Source: Trueperaceae bacterium
GTDB taxonomy: Bacteria > Deinococcota > Deinococci > Deinococcales > Trueperaceae
Assembly (NCBI GenBank): GCA_965214405.1
Contig: OZ243956.1
Coordinates: 1,029,845-1,093,844 of the forward strand
Direction: 5' to 3'
DNA length: 64,000 nt
Both the position numbers and the translations under genes were made by a program. The notes beneath the pieces are model-generated. The model did not search any database and was not told the DNA's origin. It saw only the letters and a program-made list of their open reading frames with translations. Below, piece by piece: positions 56,216 through 64,000 of this stretch (its first letter is position 1; every line of letters begins with the position of its first letter).

Positions 56216-56827
56216 ATGCGAGTCGAGGCTAGACACGACGTCATGCTCGAGCTGAGCGAAGACGAGACGATGCGCGCGCTTATAGAGCAGTTCGGCGAGT
56301 ACGGCTGGGACCTCAACACGCCCTTCGGGACGCTCGCTCGAGCCGTCGCCGGACAAGTCGTCTCGGGCAGGGCCGCGAAGAGAGCCTACGGGCGGCTCAA
56401 AGAAGCCACGCGGCTCGAGCCCCTAAAAGTTGCCGAGATGACCGTAGAGGACCTTATGGCTTTCGGCCTCAACGACCGGCGGGCGGCTTACTTACGCAAC
56501 GCCGCGGTCTTCGCCGTAGATGGCGGCTTAGAAGGCTTAGAAAACAGGAGTGACAAGGAGGTTGAAGCGGCGCTCACGAGCGTCAAAGGGATTGGACCGT
56601 GGACGGCGCACATGTTCCTTATTTTCTGTTTGGGTCGCCTTGACGTATGGCCGACCGAAGATTTCGGCGTCGTAAATATCTCTAAAGAGCTGTACGAAAC
56701 GCAGACCAAGGGGGAGCTTAGGGAGTTAGGAAAACGCTTCAAGCCTTACCGGAGCGTGGCCGTCTGGTACATGTGGGCGCTCGGGGTCTCGAGGCAGGCG
56801 CAGGGGAAGTCGGGTTACAAAGTATAG
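56216..56827 (+). CDS. DNA-3-methyladenine glycosylase II-like (HhH-GPD family)
   Basis: VKGIGPWTAHMFLIFCLGRLDVWPTEDFGV is the HhH-GPD motif with the catalytic Asp. The start is uncertain (TTG 56165, ATG 56216 or ATG 56243). Confidence 0.8.
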   Translation: MRVEARHDVMLELSEDETMRALIEQFGEYGWDLNTPFGTLARAVAGQVVSGRAAKRAYGRLKEATRLEPLKVAEMTVEDLMAFGLNDRRAAYLRNAAVFAVDGGLEGLENRSDKEVEAALTSVKGIGPWTAHMFLIFCLGRLDVWPTEDFGVVNISKELYETQTKGELRELGKRFKPYRSVAVWYMWALGVSRQAQGKSGYKV

Positions 56828-57039
56828 AGGGCAACACGAAAACCTTTAGCCTTTTACGCTCTAACGGTAGGCCTCCAGAAAATCTATGTACGGGTAGAGT
56901 ATTCTAGAGTTTACTGGCTCTTGCTCAAGCTTCAGCGCAGCTCAGAGCGCGACCCGTCGGGATGATTCGCACCTTTGCGCATAGAGGAAGGACCTGGACA
57001 GGACCTCGCTGTGCTGGCTACTTCAGGGCGATGTCGGCA

Positions 57040-58644
57040 CTAGGGCAGGGGCGGCAGGCCAAGCTCTTTTAGAAATTCGTTATGAGCCTCTGTCGCAGCG
57101 TTTACTTTGTTTTCCAGATCGACTAGCTCAGCATTAACTGCTTTAAGATTAATTTTTGGCTCAGGCGTAGCGGTACTGACGTAACGCGATATATTCAGGT
57201 TGAAGTCGTTATCCTCGATTTCGTCCATAGAAACGCGCCTCGAGTAACGCGCTTCTTCTTTGCGGTACTGGTACGTATGGACGATCTTTTCGATATGCTC
57301 ATTCAGTAAGTGATTTTGCCGCTTTCCTTTTTCGAAGTGTTCGCTCGCGTTGACGAAGAGCACATCATCAGGCTTTTTACACTTCTTCAACACCAAAATA
57401 CAAACAGGAATGCCGGTCGAGAAAAACAGGTTGGCGGGTAGTCCGATGACGGTGTCTATATTGCCATCCTCGAGCAGCTTGGTGCGGATGCGCGCTTCGG
57501 CGCCACCACGAAATAAAACCCCGTGAGGCAAGATGATCGCCATCGCGCCCTCACCACTCAAGAAGTGAAAGCCGTGCAGCAAAAAAGCAAAGTCAGCAGC
57601 AGACTTGGGCGCGAGACCGTAGCTCTTAAACCTGAAGTCTTCGCCCAGCCTCTCACTCGGTTCCCAGCGGTAGCTAAAGGGCGGGTTCGCCACCACCGCG
57701 TCGAACTCTAACTTTTTAGCGGGATTCATTTCGCTGAGGATGTCCCAATCGTTGAGAAGCGAATCACCGTGGTGTATTTCAAACTCTGAATCTTTCACGC
57801 CGTGGAGCAGCATGTTCATGCGCGCGAGGTTGTAGGTCGTGATGTTTTTTTCTTGCCCGTAGAGTTTGCCGATCCCGTAGGGACCCACCTGTTTACGCAC
57901 GTTGAGCAGGAGCGAGCCGGACCCGCAGGCGAAATCGAGCACCCTGTCGAGCCGCTTCTTCTTGCCGGTTGTGGGGTCTTGGCTGTCGAGCGTAACGATC
58001 TTAGAAAGAATCGTAGAGATTTGCTGCGGGGTATAAAACTCGCCCGCTTTTTTGCCCGAGCCCGCCGCAAACTCTCCTATCAGATACTCATAGGCGTCGC
58101 CCAGAATATCGCTGCTGGTGGAAAATCCTGCAATCCCCTCAGCAATCTTGGTGATGATCTTGCTGAGCTTGGTATTACGTTCACTATAGTTTTTGCCGAG
58201 CTTGTCCGAATTCAGATTGATCTCGGAGAACAAACCCTGAAAGGTGCTCTCAAAGGATTCGTTTTCAATGTACTTAAAGCCCTCCTGCAAGGTTTGTAAC
58301 AACTCATTATTTTGGGTTCTCGCCAGCTCCGCAACGCTGCTCCACAGGTGCTGCGGTTTGATGACGTAATGCACCTTGCGGCGCATCTGCTGTTCAAACT
58401 CGCCCACGAAATCGGGATTCTCTTCGTACCACACGGCCAAAGGCGCACGTTTGTCGTTTTCCAACTCTGGATAGTCTGGGCCGAGCTCCTTTTTGGCTGA
58501 CGCCTCGTAGTTGTCGGACAGGTAACGCAAGAACAAGAATGAGAGCATGTAGTCGCGGAAGTCGTCCGCGTTCATCGCGCCGCGCAGTTGGTCGGCGATG
58601 TCCCAGAGGGTTCTGCCCAACTTTTGATGGTTCTGTTCGCTCAT
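57040..58644 (-). CDS. hsdM: type I restriction-modification system, DNA methyltransferase subunit
   Basis: N-terminal LWDIADQLRGAMNADDFRDYMLSFLFLRYLSDNY (HsdM N-domain), DFACGSGSLLL (SAM motif I) and VVANPPFSYRW (NPPF). ATGA overlap with the upstream prrC-like gene. Confidence 0.95.
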   Translation of the reverse strand: MSEQNHQKLGRTLWDIADQLRGAMNADDFRDYMLSFLFLRYLSDNYEASAKKELGPDYPELENDKRAPLAVWYEENPDFVGEFEQQMRRKVHYVIKPQHLWSSVAELARTQNNELLQTLQEGFKYIENESFESTFQGLFSEINLNSDKLGKNYSERNTKLSKIITKIAEGIAGFSTSSDILGDAYEYLIGEFAAGSGKKAGEFYTPQQISTILSKIVTLDSQDPTTGKKKRLDRVLDFACGSGSLLLNVRKQVGPYGIGKLYGQEKNITTYNLARMNMLLHGVKDSEFEIHHGDSLLNDWDILSEMNPAKKLEFDAVVANPPFSYRWEPSERLGEDFRFKSYGLAPKSAADFAFLLHGFHFLSGEGAMAIILPHGVLFRGGAEARIRTKLLEDGNIDTVIGLPANLFFSTGIPVCILVLKKCKKPDDVLFVNASEHFEKGKRQNHLLNEHIEKIVHTYQYRKEEARYSRRVSMDEIEDNDFNLNISRYVSTATPEPKINLKAVNAELVDLENKVNAATEAHNEFLKELGLPPLP

Positions 58645-59738
58645 GTTAGCTCCACTTCAGGCTCTGCTAATTCGGGCAGGTCAAAACGGTAACGCTCTAA
58701 AAAGGCATCTAAAATACGCTTGAACAGGTCTTTGGTGTCTTCCACCATCTCCATCGGTTCATAAATCGAATACTTGCCGTGACTCAAGAGGTTTAGCGCT
58801 CGAGCGTACAAAACTTCATCCTCCAAGCCGTGAATACAGGCGGAAAACTCCTTAAAGCCGAAGAAAATAGCGGTCTTTTCCAAGATACTGCGCAGCATAT
58901 TGAAGTGATACGTGTAGAGCTGACCCGACTCCGCAGCTTGACACAGTTCGTTCAGCATGGCGACGTGGTGAAAAAAGGGCGCGTCGTCCGTGGCGCGTAG
59001 CGTGTGGTGGTCAGCGCCGCTACGCTTGTGCAAGAAGTATTTCTTATGCTTCGACTTCTTGAGTTCGTTACACACCACGTTAAAAAACAGACCGTGGTGC
59101 GTTGAAATCACAGCCTTTATCCCGTTCGTATCTTTGAGCAGCTTCGCCAAGTCACTAGCGACAGCAATGGCGTTGTTATCGTCGAGCGACGAGATAGGGT
59201 CGTCTATGTAGATGTACTCAACCCATTTGTACGCCTCCGCGCCGTCTATGGCTAGCTGAGCAATGGCAAGGAAAAAGCACCAGATAAAGATGTTCTCTTC
59301 GCCCCGCGAAATCTTGATGTTGTCGGCGGTTGCGCCGTTCTCGGTGCTGGAAAAGCTGATCGCCCATTCCTCGGTGTCGATAAGGAAGTCGAAGTCCGCG
59401 TAGCGGCTCAGAAAGGGGCGGATGCGGTTGTCCATCTCCAGCTCTGCGAGCCCCGAGAAAAAGCGAGACGCCGAGTTGATTCTCAACTTTCTGTTGCTGT
59501 CCCCCGCTAAGTCGTTGTCCCAGGTGAAGAGGTCTTCGGTAAAAGCGTTAAAGTAAAGCGTATCCCGCTCTACATCACCCCTTTTCCCAGCCTCCTTAAA
59601 CTCCATCGACAGCCGAGTTTTACCCGTACCGTTATGCGCGTAGAGCATGATGAAATCCAGGCCCGTCAAGTCGCTACGTAATTTCCTTGACAAGTTCCGC
59701 ACCGTTTTGTAGGTGTTGACCTTTGGCGTTCCGCTCAT
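58641..59738 (-). CDS. prrC: PrrC-like anticodon nuclease (AAA_13-type NTPase domain + C-terminal nuclease domain)
   Basis: 365 aa. Walker A HNGTGKT (res 35-40), signature-like SRGEEN (144-149), Walker B YIYIDDPISSLD (175-186) and H-loop STHH (212-215). C-terminal R283-x3-E287 (LRSILEK) then H320 (LLSHG); this spacing closely matches the R320/E324/H356 triad I recall for E. coli PrrC. Embedded between hsdS and hsdM, as prrC is in the E. coli prr locus. Confidence 0.75.
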   Translation of the reverse strand: MSGTPKVNTYKTVRNLSRKLRSDLTGLDFIMLYAHNGTGKTRLSMEFKEAGKRGDVERDTLYFNAFTEDLFTWDNDLAGDSNRKLRINSASRFFSGLAELEMDNRIRPFLSRYADFDFLIDTEEWAISFSSTENGATADNIKISRGEENIFIWCFFLAIAQLAIDGAEAYKWVEYIYIDDPISSLDDNNAIAVASDLAKLLKDTNGIKAVISTHHGLFFNVVCNELKKSKHKKYFLHKRSGADHHTLRATDDAPFFHHVAMLNELCQAAESGQLYTYHFNMLRSILEKTAIFFGFKEFSACIHGLEDEVLYARALNLLSHGKYSIYEPMEMVEDTKDLFKRILDAFLERYRFDLPELAEPEVELT

Positions 59739-59878
59739 CCCTACACACCCTCAGGAGAAGGGAAAAGCTGCTGCATCAAGCCTTTTTTATGGTTTTTAAG
59801 CATGTCAATTTTCTGGTTTTGTACAGCAACTAGGTCGTCAATAGAAGAAAGAAGCTTTGAGATTTTCTTCTGTTCAGG

Positions 59879-61011
59879 CTCAGTACACGACAGATTTGAA
59901 ATAAAGGGCTCTCCAGTGAAGAATGGATGTTGCGAGACACCACTTCAAGGGAGAGCATATGAAGCATACCGGGTTGCTGGCACAGTTGAAAGCGAGCGGC
60001 TTAAAGCTGCACCCGTCACGGCTTAAGTTCTTGAGCTTGTTGATGATCGCGATGGTGCAGGCAAAGACGGTGAACTTGGCGACGTTGGTAGGCATGATGG
60101 AGGGCAGAGCCCAGCCGGACTCGCTTTACAGACGGGCGCAACGGTTTTTCCAAGGCTTGCACTTGGCCGATGAGACAGTTTTCAGGTACGCGCTGAGTCT
60201 AGGTCCCAAGCGAAGCTACAGCCTGTGCCTAGACCGGACGAACTGGAAGTTTGGCAAACTCGACATCAACATCTTGACCCTGGCTTATGCGCATGAGGGC
60301 GTAGCGGTTCCCTTACTGTGGTGTCTTTTGCCCAAGGCTGGCAACTCCGCCACGCAAGAACGCATTACGCTTTTGGAGCGTTTGCTAAAACTTTTGCCCG
60401 TAGACCAGCTAGAGGTGCTGCTAGCCGATAGGGAGTTCATCGGGGGCGACTGGTTCGCTTATCTTGAGCGTAAGCACATCCCTTTCGTTATCCGCGTGCG
60501 TAAAGACGCTCTCGGTGATGGCTGGTTTCATCTGTTCGGCTTTTTCCAGCATCTACCTGTGGGTGAGCACAAGGTACTTAAACAGCGCTACACTGTCTTT
60601 GGTGTTGAGCTTGGGGTTGCAGGCGCGCGTTTAGAGGGTGGAGAATACATCATCGTCGTCACCAACCGCAATCCTAAGCAGGCCCTCGCAAGCTACGCGA
60701 AGCGCTGGCAGATAGAATGCTTGTTCAAAGCCTTGAAAAGCAGCGGCTTTGACTTTGAAGCTACGCATCTCAAGCACCTAGAGCGCATTAACACCTTACT
60801 TGTCGTTGTGACCCTGGCTTTCTTATGGGCCTTGAAAGTCGGAGCATTTGTTCACCGTCAGCTCAAACCTGTTCGAATGAAGTCGCACGGGCGCAAGCAG
60901 AAGTCTTTATTCCGGGCAGGCTTAGACCATCTCAGGCATCTGCTCACCAACTCGGCAACCAAAAAGCCTGACCTGGACCGCTGTTTTCGGCTTTTGTCGT
61001 GTACTTAGGAG
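59879..61011 (+). mobile_element. IS4-superfamily insertion sequence (about 1.13 kb) inside hsdS
   Basis: Imperfect terminal repeats CTCAGTACACGACA (59879-) and TGTCGTGTACTTAGGAG (-61011). Direct repeat TTCAGG (59873-59878 and 61012-61017; possibly 7 bp, GTTCAGG). Confidence 0.85.
59959..61008 (+). CDS. IS4-family DDE transposase
   Basis: ...LCLDRTNWKFG ... LLADREFIGGDWF ... YAKRWQIECLFKALKSSGFDFEATHL (Y-x2-R-x3-E-x6-K type block). Start at ATG 59959 (MKHTGLL). Confidence 0.85.
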   Translation: MKHTGLLAQLKASGLKLHPSRLKFLSLLMIAMVQAKTVNLATLVGMMEGRAQPDSLYRRAQRFFQGLHLADETVFRYALSLGPKRSYSLCLDRTNWKFGKLDINILTLAYAHEGVAVPLLWCLLPKAGNSATQERITLLERLLKLLPVDQLEVLLADREFIGGDWFAYLERKHIPFVIRVRKDALGDGWFHLFGFFQHLPVGEHKVLKQRYTVFGVELGVAGARLEGGEYIIVVTNRNPKQALASYAKRWQIECLFKALKSSGFDFEATHLKHLERINTLLVVVTLAFLWALKVGAFVHRQLKPVRMKSHGRKQKSLFRAGLDHLRHLLTNSATKKPDLDRCFRLLSCT

Positions 61012-62146
61012 TTCAGGTATAGAAGGAAGAGGAATTTTAATTCTACTCATCACCCCATTCATTAGCTTTGGATTGCCAACATAAGAGACATGTTTTTTAG
61101 ATACAGAGTTTATAAGTGCAGCAACAAACTCGTTGGCATACCCAGCCTTACTCAACAACACACCGCATACATTTGTGCAATAGAATTTTCCGGCTCGATA
61201 ATTGACCTCTCCTGCATTAGCGCCGTCAGTCGTCCAAGTAATGGCATTCTCATATAGATATTCAGAGTAAAATCCTGACAAACCATTGCTTTTTGTCTGT
61301 GATGAGTAGACAGGGTAAGGCATTGCCTCTGTTTTCTTATCCTGCACCAAACTCATAGACAGAACGTTGCCTCGTGTAACCTTGAAGATATCTCCGACTT
61401 CTTGCTCTTCCCACTCCCCCGTATCCCGAAACTCGGGAAAGCGCAGTTTGGGGACGGTTTCGCCTTCGGCTGGGAAGAGGTGTTGCAGCAAGCCTTTTTT
61501 GTGGGCTTTGAGAGACTCGAGCTTCCGTCTCTGCACAGTGATAAGTTCATCAAGGGAAGAAAGGGAATTAGCGATTTTCTGTTGCTCACTAAATGATGGG
61601 ACAACTAACCTAACATCCCTAAAAAATTCACGCACACTAACGTTGAGCAGTCCGTGGTTTCTGCCACCCTCTTGAGCTATCTTTGCAATTTCATTGTTAA
61701 GCATTCCAGCATCGAAGTATTGCTCAAAAAACGACTCACTGTAACCACGATTAGCTCTGAAGCAAATGTAAAGAGTTGAAACTACACCTTTTTCATAATT
61801 TTTCAGTTGTTTAATTGCCCCCATAGGATAGCCTTTGGAATAGCTTTTATTGTAGGCAAAATCTCCTTTATGCAAAAGGTAGTATCCAGTAACGTCCTTT
61901 GCAGCAATAGACTTATTGAAATAATCTAATTGACTTACCAGACCTTGCTGAGCAGAGATAGTCAACACATTCTGATTATCTTCGACATTTTTGTTAGTCA
62001 GGCGGGTAAATACTTTTTTGAAATCTTCAACCTTCCACTCTCCTTTATCCCGAAACTCAGGAAACCTCAACTCAGGCTCGAGCTTTTCTTTGTAGTGCTT
62101 CTCCAAAGCGGCACCACCCTTTAAGGTGGAGAAAAGGAGAAGCGAG

Positions 62147-62440
62147 ATGGCAAGGATCAGACCCAAACAGTGGAGCAGCGAGGAAAAGACGGCGCTTGTG
62201 CTGACGCTCTTGCGAGGCGAGGCCAGTGCTGCGGAACTGTGCAGGCGGCATGGCATGAGCGAGAACAGCTTGTACACCTGGCGGGAGCGGTTTTTAGCAG
62301 CAGGCCAAGAGGCTTTGACCAATGGAAAAGCGAAGAGAGGAATTGCTTCTAAAGCAGAGGAAGAGAACCGAGCCCTGAAAGAGGCACTGGCAGAGGCGGT
62401 GTTGCGGAACGAGCTGCTCAAAAAAACGCGCCTCGGATGA
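62147..62440 (+). CDS. IS3-family transposase OrfA (HTH)
   Basis: MARIRPKQWSSEEKTALVLTLLRGEASAAELCRRHGMSENSLYTWRERFLAAGQEAL. An A7 run at 62420-62426 near its end is a candidate -1 slippery site. Confidence 0.85.
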   Translation: MARIRPKQWSSEEKTALVLTLLRGEASAAELCRRHGMSENSLYTWRERFLAAGQEALTNGKAKRGIASKAEEENRALKEALAEAVLRNELLKKTRLG

Positions 62441-63273
62441 GTTATCAGGAGATGGAGGCACTTCGGGAGGAACTGGGCTTGGGTGTCAATGCTTTTTTGC
62501 GGCTCGGCGGTATTGCTAAGAGCAGCTACTACCGACGTAAACGCGGCGGCAAGGCAAAAACAACTCTGCAAGCGGCGGTCGAGGAAAGGGTAAAACGACT
62601 CTGCGACGAACATCCTCGGCTGGGGCACCGGCCCATCCACGCGTTGCTGGCAAAAACGCATCCCATCAGCCCGAGCACGGTCTACCGAATCATGAAGCGG
62701 CTTGACCTGTGTCAGAAACCTCAGAAAAAGAAAAGGGTGAAAAGCAGCTCTGCTCCTCTGGAGCTGGACAACCTTGGCCTCACCGTCGGGCTCGACTTTA
62801 CGCACTGGGGTCAAAAGCCTATCCTCAACGTGCTGGAGTATGAGAGCCGTTACTGCTTAGCGTCGGTAGTGAGCGAGCGCGAAACCAGCGAAGCCGCCAA
62901 AGAAGCTCTTGACCGTGCTCTACAAGAGGCGAAGGGTCTCGGATTGCCTTATAGGAATATAGAAGTCAAGAGTGACCACGGGAGCACCTTTACGGCTGAG
63001 ACCTTTCGCAGCTTCTTACACGACCACCGTTGTCAACACACGCTCTCGGCGGTGGGTCGTCCTCAAGGGATGGGACGGGTCGAGCGTTTCAACCGCTCGC
63101 TCAAAGAACAGGGGCTTCAGCCTGAAGACCTCGAACCCAGCCAAAGTTTGCAGCCCACGCTCGACGCCTACCGCAACTACTATAATATTAAGCGTCCCCA
63201 CCAAGCCCTCGGCTACAAAACCCCACTAGAACTTCTGCAGTCAAAGGGCTATAATTCAGTACCGCTAATTTGA
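62437..63273 (+). CDS. IS3-family transposase OrfB (rve integrase core)
   Basis: Lies in the -1 frame relative to OrfA. DFTHW ... SDHGSTFTAETF ... GRVERFNRSLKEQ ... YYNIKRPHQALGYKTPLE (DDE/rve blocks). Confidence 0.9.
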   Translation: MSYQEMEALREELGLGVNAFLRLGGIAKSSYYRRKRGGKAKTTLQAAVEERVKRLCDEHPRLGHRPIHALLAKTHPISPSTVYRIMKRLDLCQKPQKKKRVKSSSAPLELDNLGLTVGLDFTHWGQKPILNVLEYESRYCLASVVSERETSEAAKEALDRALQEAKGLGLPYRNIEVKSDHGSTFTAETFRSFLHDHRCQHTLSAVGRPQGMGRVERFNRSLKEQGLQPEDLEPSQSLQPTLDAYRNYYNIKRPHQALGYKTPLELLQSKGYNSVPLI

Positions 63274-63293
63274 AGCACTACACTTTCACCTCC

Positions 63294-64000
63294 TCACTCA
63301 TACGCCGCCAACCCCGAAATCTCCCGCCCCTGCGCTTGCCTTTTCAGCAGCGGCACCAAATCGTCCATCAACTCGAGTTCTTTGACCCTCCGGGCTTTCC
63401 AGCCTAGCTCGAGGGGGGCCAAGAGGTCCGTCAGGCGTTCCCCGTCGAAAATCATGCGGTCCATGATGCCGTCTACGAATGTTTTTAGGGCGTCGGTCTC
63501 TAAACCGTGCTTGTCGGCGACCTCGGCTAACGCGCTGGCTGCTTTTCTCTCTTTGAACGCTTCGTAACCGTGTCTAATCTCGCGCTCGTTCAAGCCTCTG
63601 CCGACTTCTAAACTGTTGATGTAGGCGATGATGTCGCCCCGCTCATCCATGAGGTTGGCGCTCGAGCTGAGCAGGTTGATGAGCTCTTCGCGGGTCATCT
63701 TCTCTTTGCTCGGCTGGCTCTGGGTGTACTTAGCGATGAGACTCATGATGTAGTCGTAGTCGATGACTGCCGAGGAGAAGAGGACGAACTCAAAGTCTAG
63801 GTCTTGGACTGCGCTCTCCGCGTCGCCTCTGTCTTGCTGAGCTTTGAGGCGCTGGGCGGTCTCTAAATACATGCCCTTAAAGGCTCGCATCTGGTCTTCG
63901 GGTATCAGCACTTCGATTTTTTCGCTGTCTTCTTCGCTCAGGTCGGTGTACTGCTCGAGGCGCGTCCTGAGGCGCTGCACCTCTTTGAAGCGCTCGATGA
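63294..64000 (-). CDS. hsdR: type I restriction enzyme R subunit, C-terminal part (5' end outside window)
   Basis: The frame is open from the window edge (...IERFKEVQRLRTRLEQYTDLSEEDSEKIEVL...) to TGA 63294-63296. A helical C-terminal domain typical of HsdR follows. Adjacent to hsdS, prrC and hsdM. Confidence 0.75.
   Translation of the reverse strand, partial: IERFKEVQRLRTRLEQYTDLSEEDSEKIEVLIPEDQMRAFKGMYLETAQRLKAQQDRGDAESAVQDLDFEFVLFSSAVIDYDYIMSLIAKYTQSQPSKEKMTREELINLLSSSANLMDERGDIIAYINSLEVGRGLNEREIRHGYEAFKERKAASALAEVADKHGLETDALKTFVDGIMDRMIFDGERLTDLLAPLELGWKARRVKELELMDDLVPLLKRQAQGREISGLAAYE

Larger units (their letters stand above)
62091..63282 (+). mobile_element. IS3-family insertion sequence (about 1.19 kb) in codon 6/7 of hsdS
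   Basis: Ends TGTAGTGCT... (62091-62099) and ...AGCACTACA (63274-63282). This is the TG...CA termini pattern, and about 16 of 21 positions of the extended inverted repeat match. 3-bp direct repeat CTT at 62088-62090 and 63283-63285. Confidence 0.9.
59741..63301 (-). pseudogene. hsdS: type I R-M specificity subunit gene hsdS, interrupted by two IS elements
   Basis: Three collinear pieces: 63301-63283 (ATG overlapping the hsdR stop; MSEEVK), 62090-61012 (..EKLEPELRFPEFRDKGEW.. TRD1 .. SEQQKIANSLSSLDELITVQRRKLESLKAHKKGLLQHLFP .. TRD2 .. IKIPLPSIPE) and 59878-59741 (..QKKISKLLSSIDDLVAVQNQKIDMLKNHKKGLMQQLFPSPEGV*). Removing both IS elements and one copy of each target duplication restores a 408-codon ORF. 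Confidence 0.9.

Noticed and set aside
60922-62814. 630-aa minus-strand ORF, the longest ORF in the R-M region
   Set aside because: It is a chimeric read-through. Its first 230 or so residues are antisense to the IS3 OrfA/OrfB genes. Its middle is genuine hsdS. Its last 25 or so residues (LLSTRQKPKTAVQV...) are antisense to the end of the IS4-type element. It is reported instead as a disrupted hsdS plus two IS elements.

Overview
64-kb window from a GC-rich bacterium (by eye about 60-65% GC, with strong CTC-Leu and GAG-Glu codon bias). I cannot assign a taxon by eye.

Layout:
(1) 1-20.7 kb, plus strand: a Wzx/Wzy-type surface-glycan cluster. It holds a DegT aminotransferase 3' end, a Wzx flippase, four GT2 genes, a low-GC Wzy-like gene, two GT4 genes, an O-antigen-ligase-like protein with a large insert, a Wzy_C-phosphoglycosyltransferase fusion, rmlA-D, uppS and a ManC-like gene. 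The rml genes are split by a small antisense cassette plus an IS5/IS427-type element.
(2) 20.9-26.3 kb, minus strand: a TPR-HD-GYP protein, a lipoprotein S8 protease with a 21-bp tandem repeat, and an aldehyde dehydrogenase.
(3) 26.4-30.6 kb: a nest of three abutting IS elements next to tRNA-Gln(UUG).
(4) 30.9-56.8 kb: mixed metabolism and stress genes. These include a methyltransferase-MDR fusion, a heptad-repeat lipoprotein, a third ISKra4-like copy, patatin, HIT, arginase, Mn catalase, an AAA+ pseudogene, a low-GC islet with a CPT-like kinase, proA, a fasciclin protein, melA, an M20 peptidase and an AlkA-like glycosylase.
(5) 57.0-64.0 kb, minus strand, lower GC: a type I R-M locus in the order hsdR-hsdS-prrC-hsdM. 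It carries an embedded PrrC-like anticodon nuclease, and hsdS is broken by two different IS elements.

Seven IS copies from about five families occupy roughly 8.6 kb.

Candidates I rate most worth follow-up:
- The PrrC-like nuclease, left intact beside a doubly disrupted hsdS.
- An identical +1 frame break at a T/C run in three diverged ISKra4-like transposase genes.
- The Wzy_C-PGT fusion and its neighbour with an insert.
- A several-fold CTCGAG excess that is absent from all mobile DNA.

None of these is proven novel from sequence alone. I found no CRISPR array and no rRNA.
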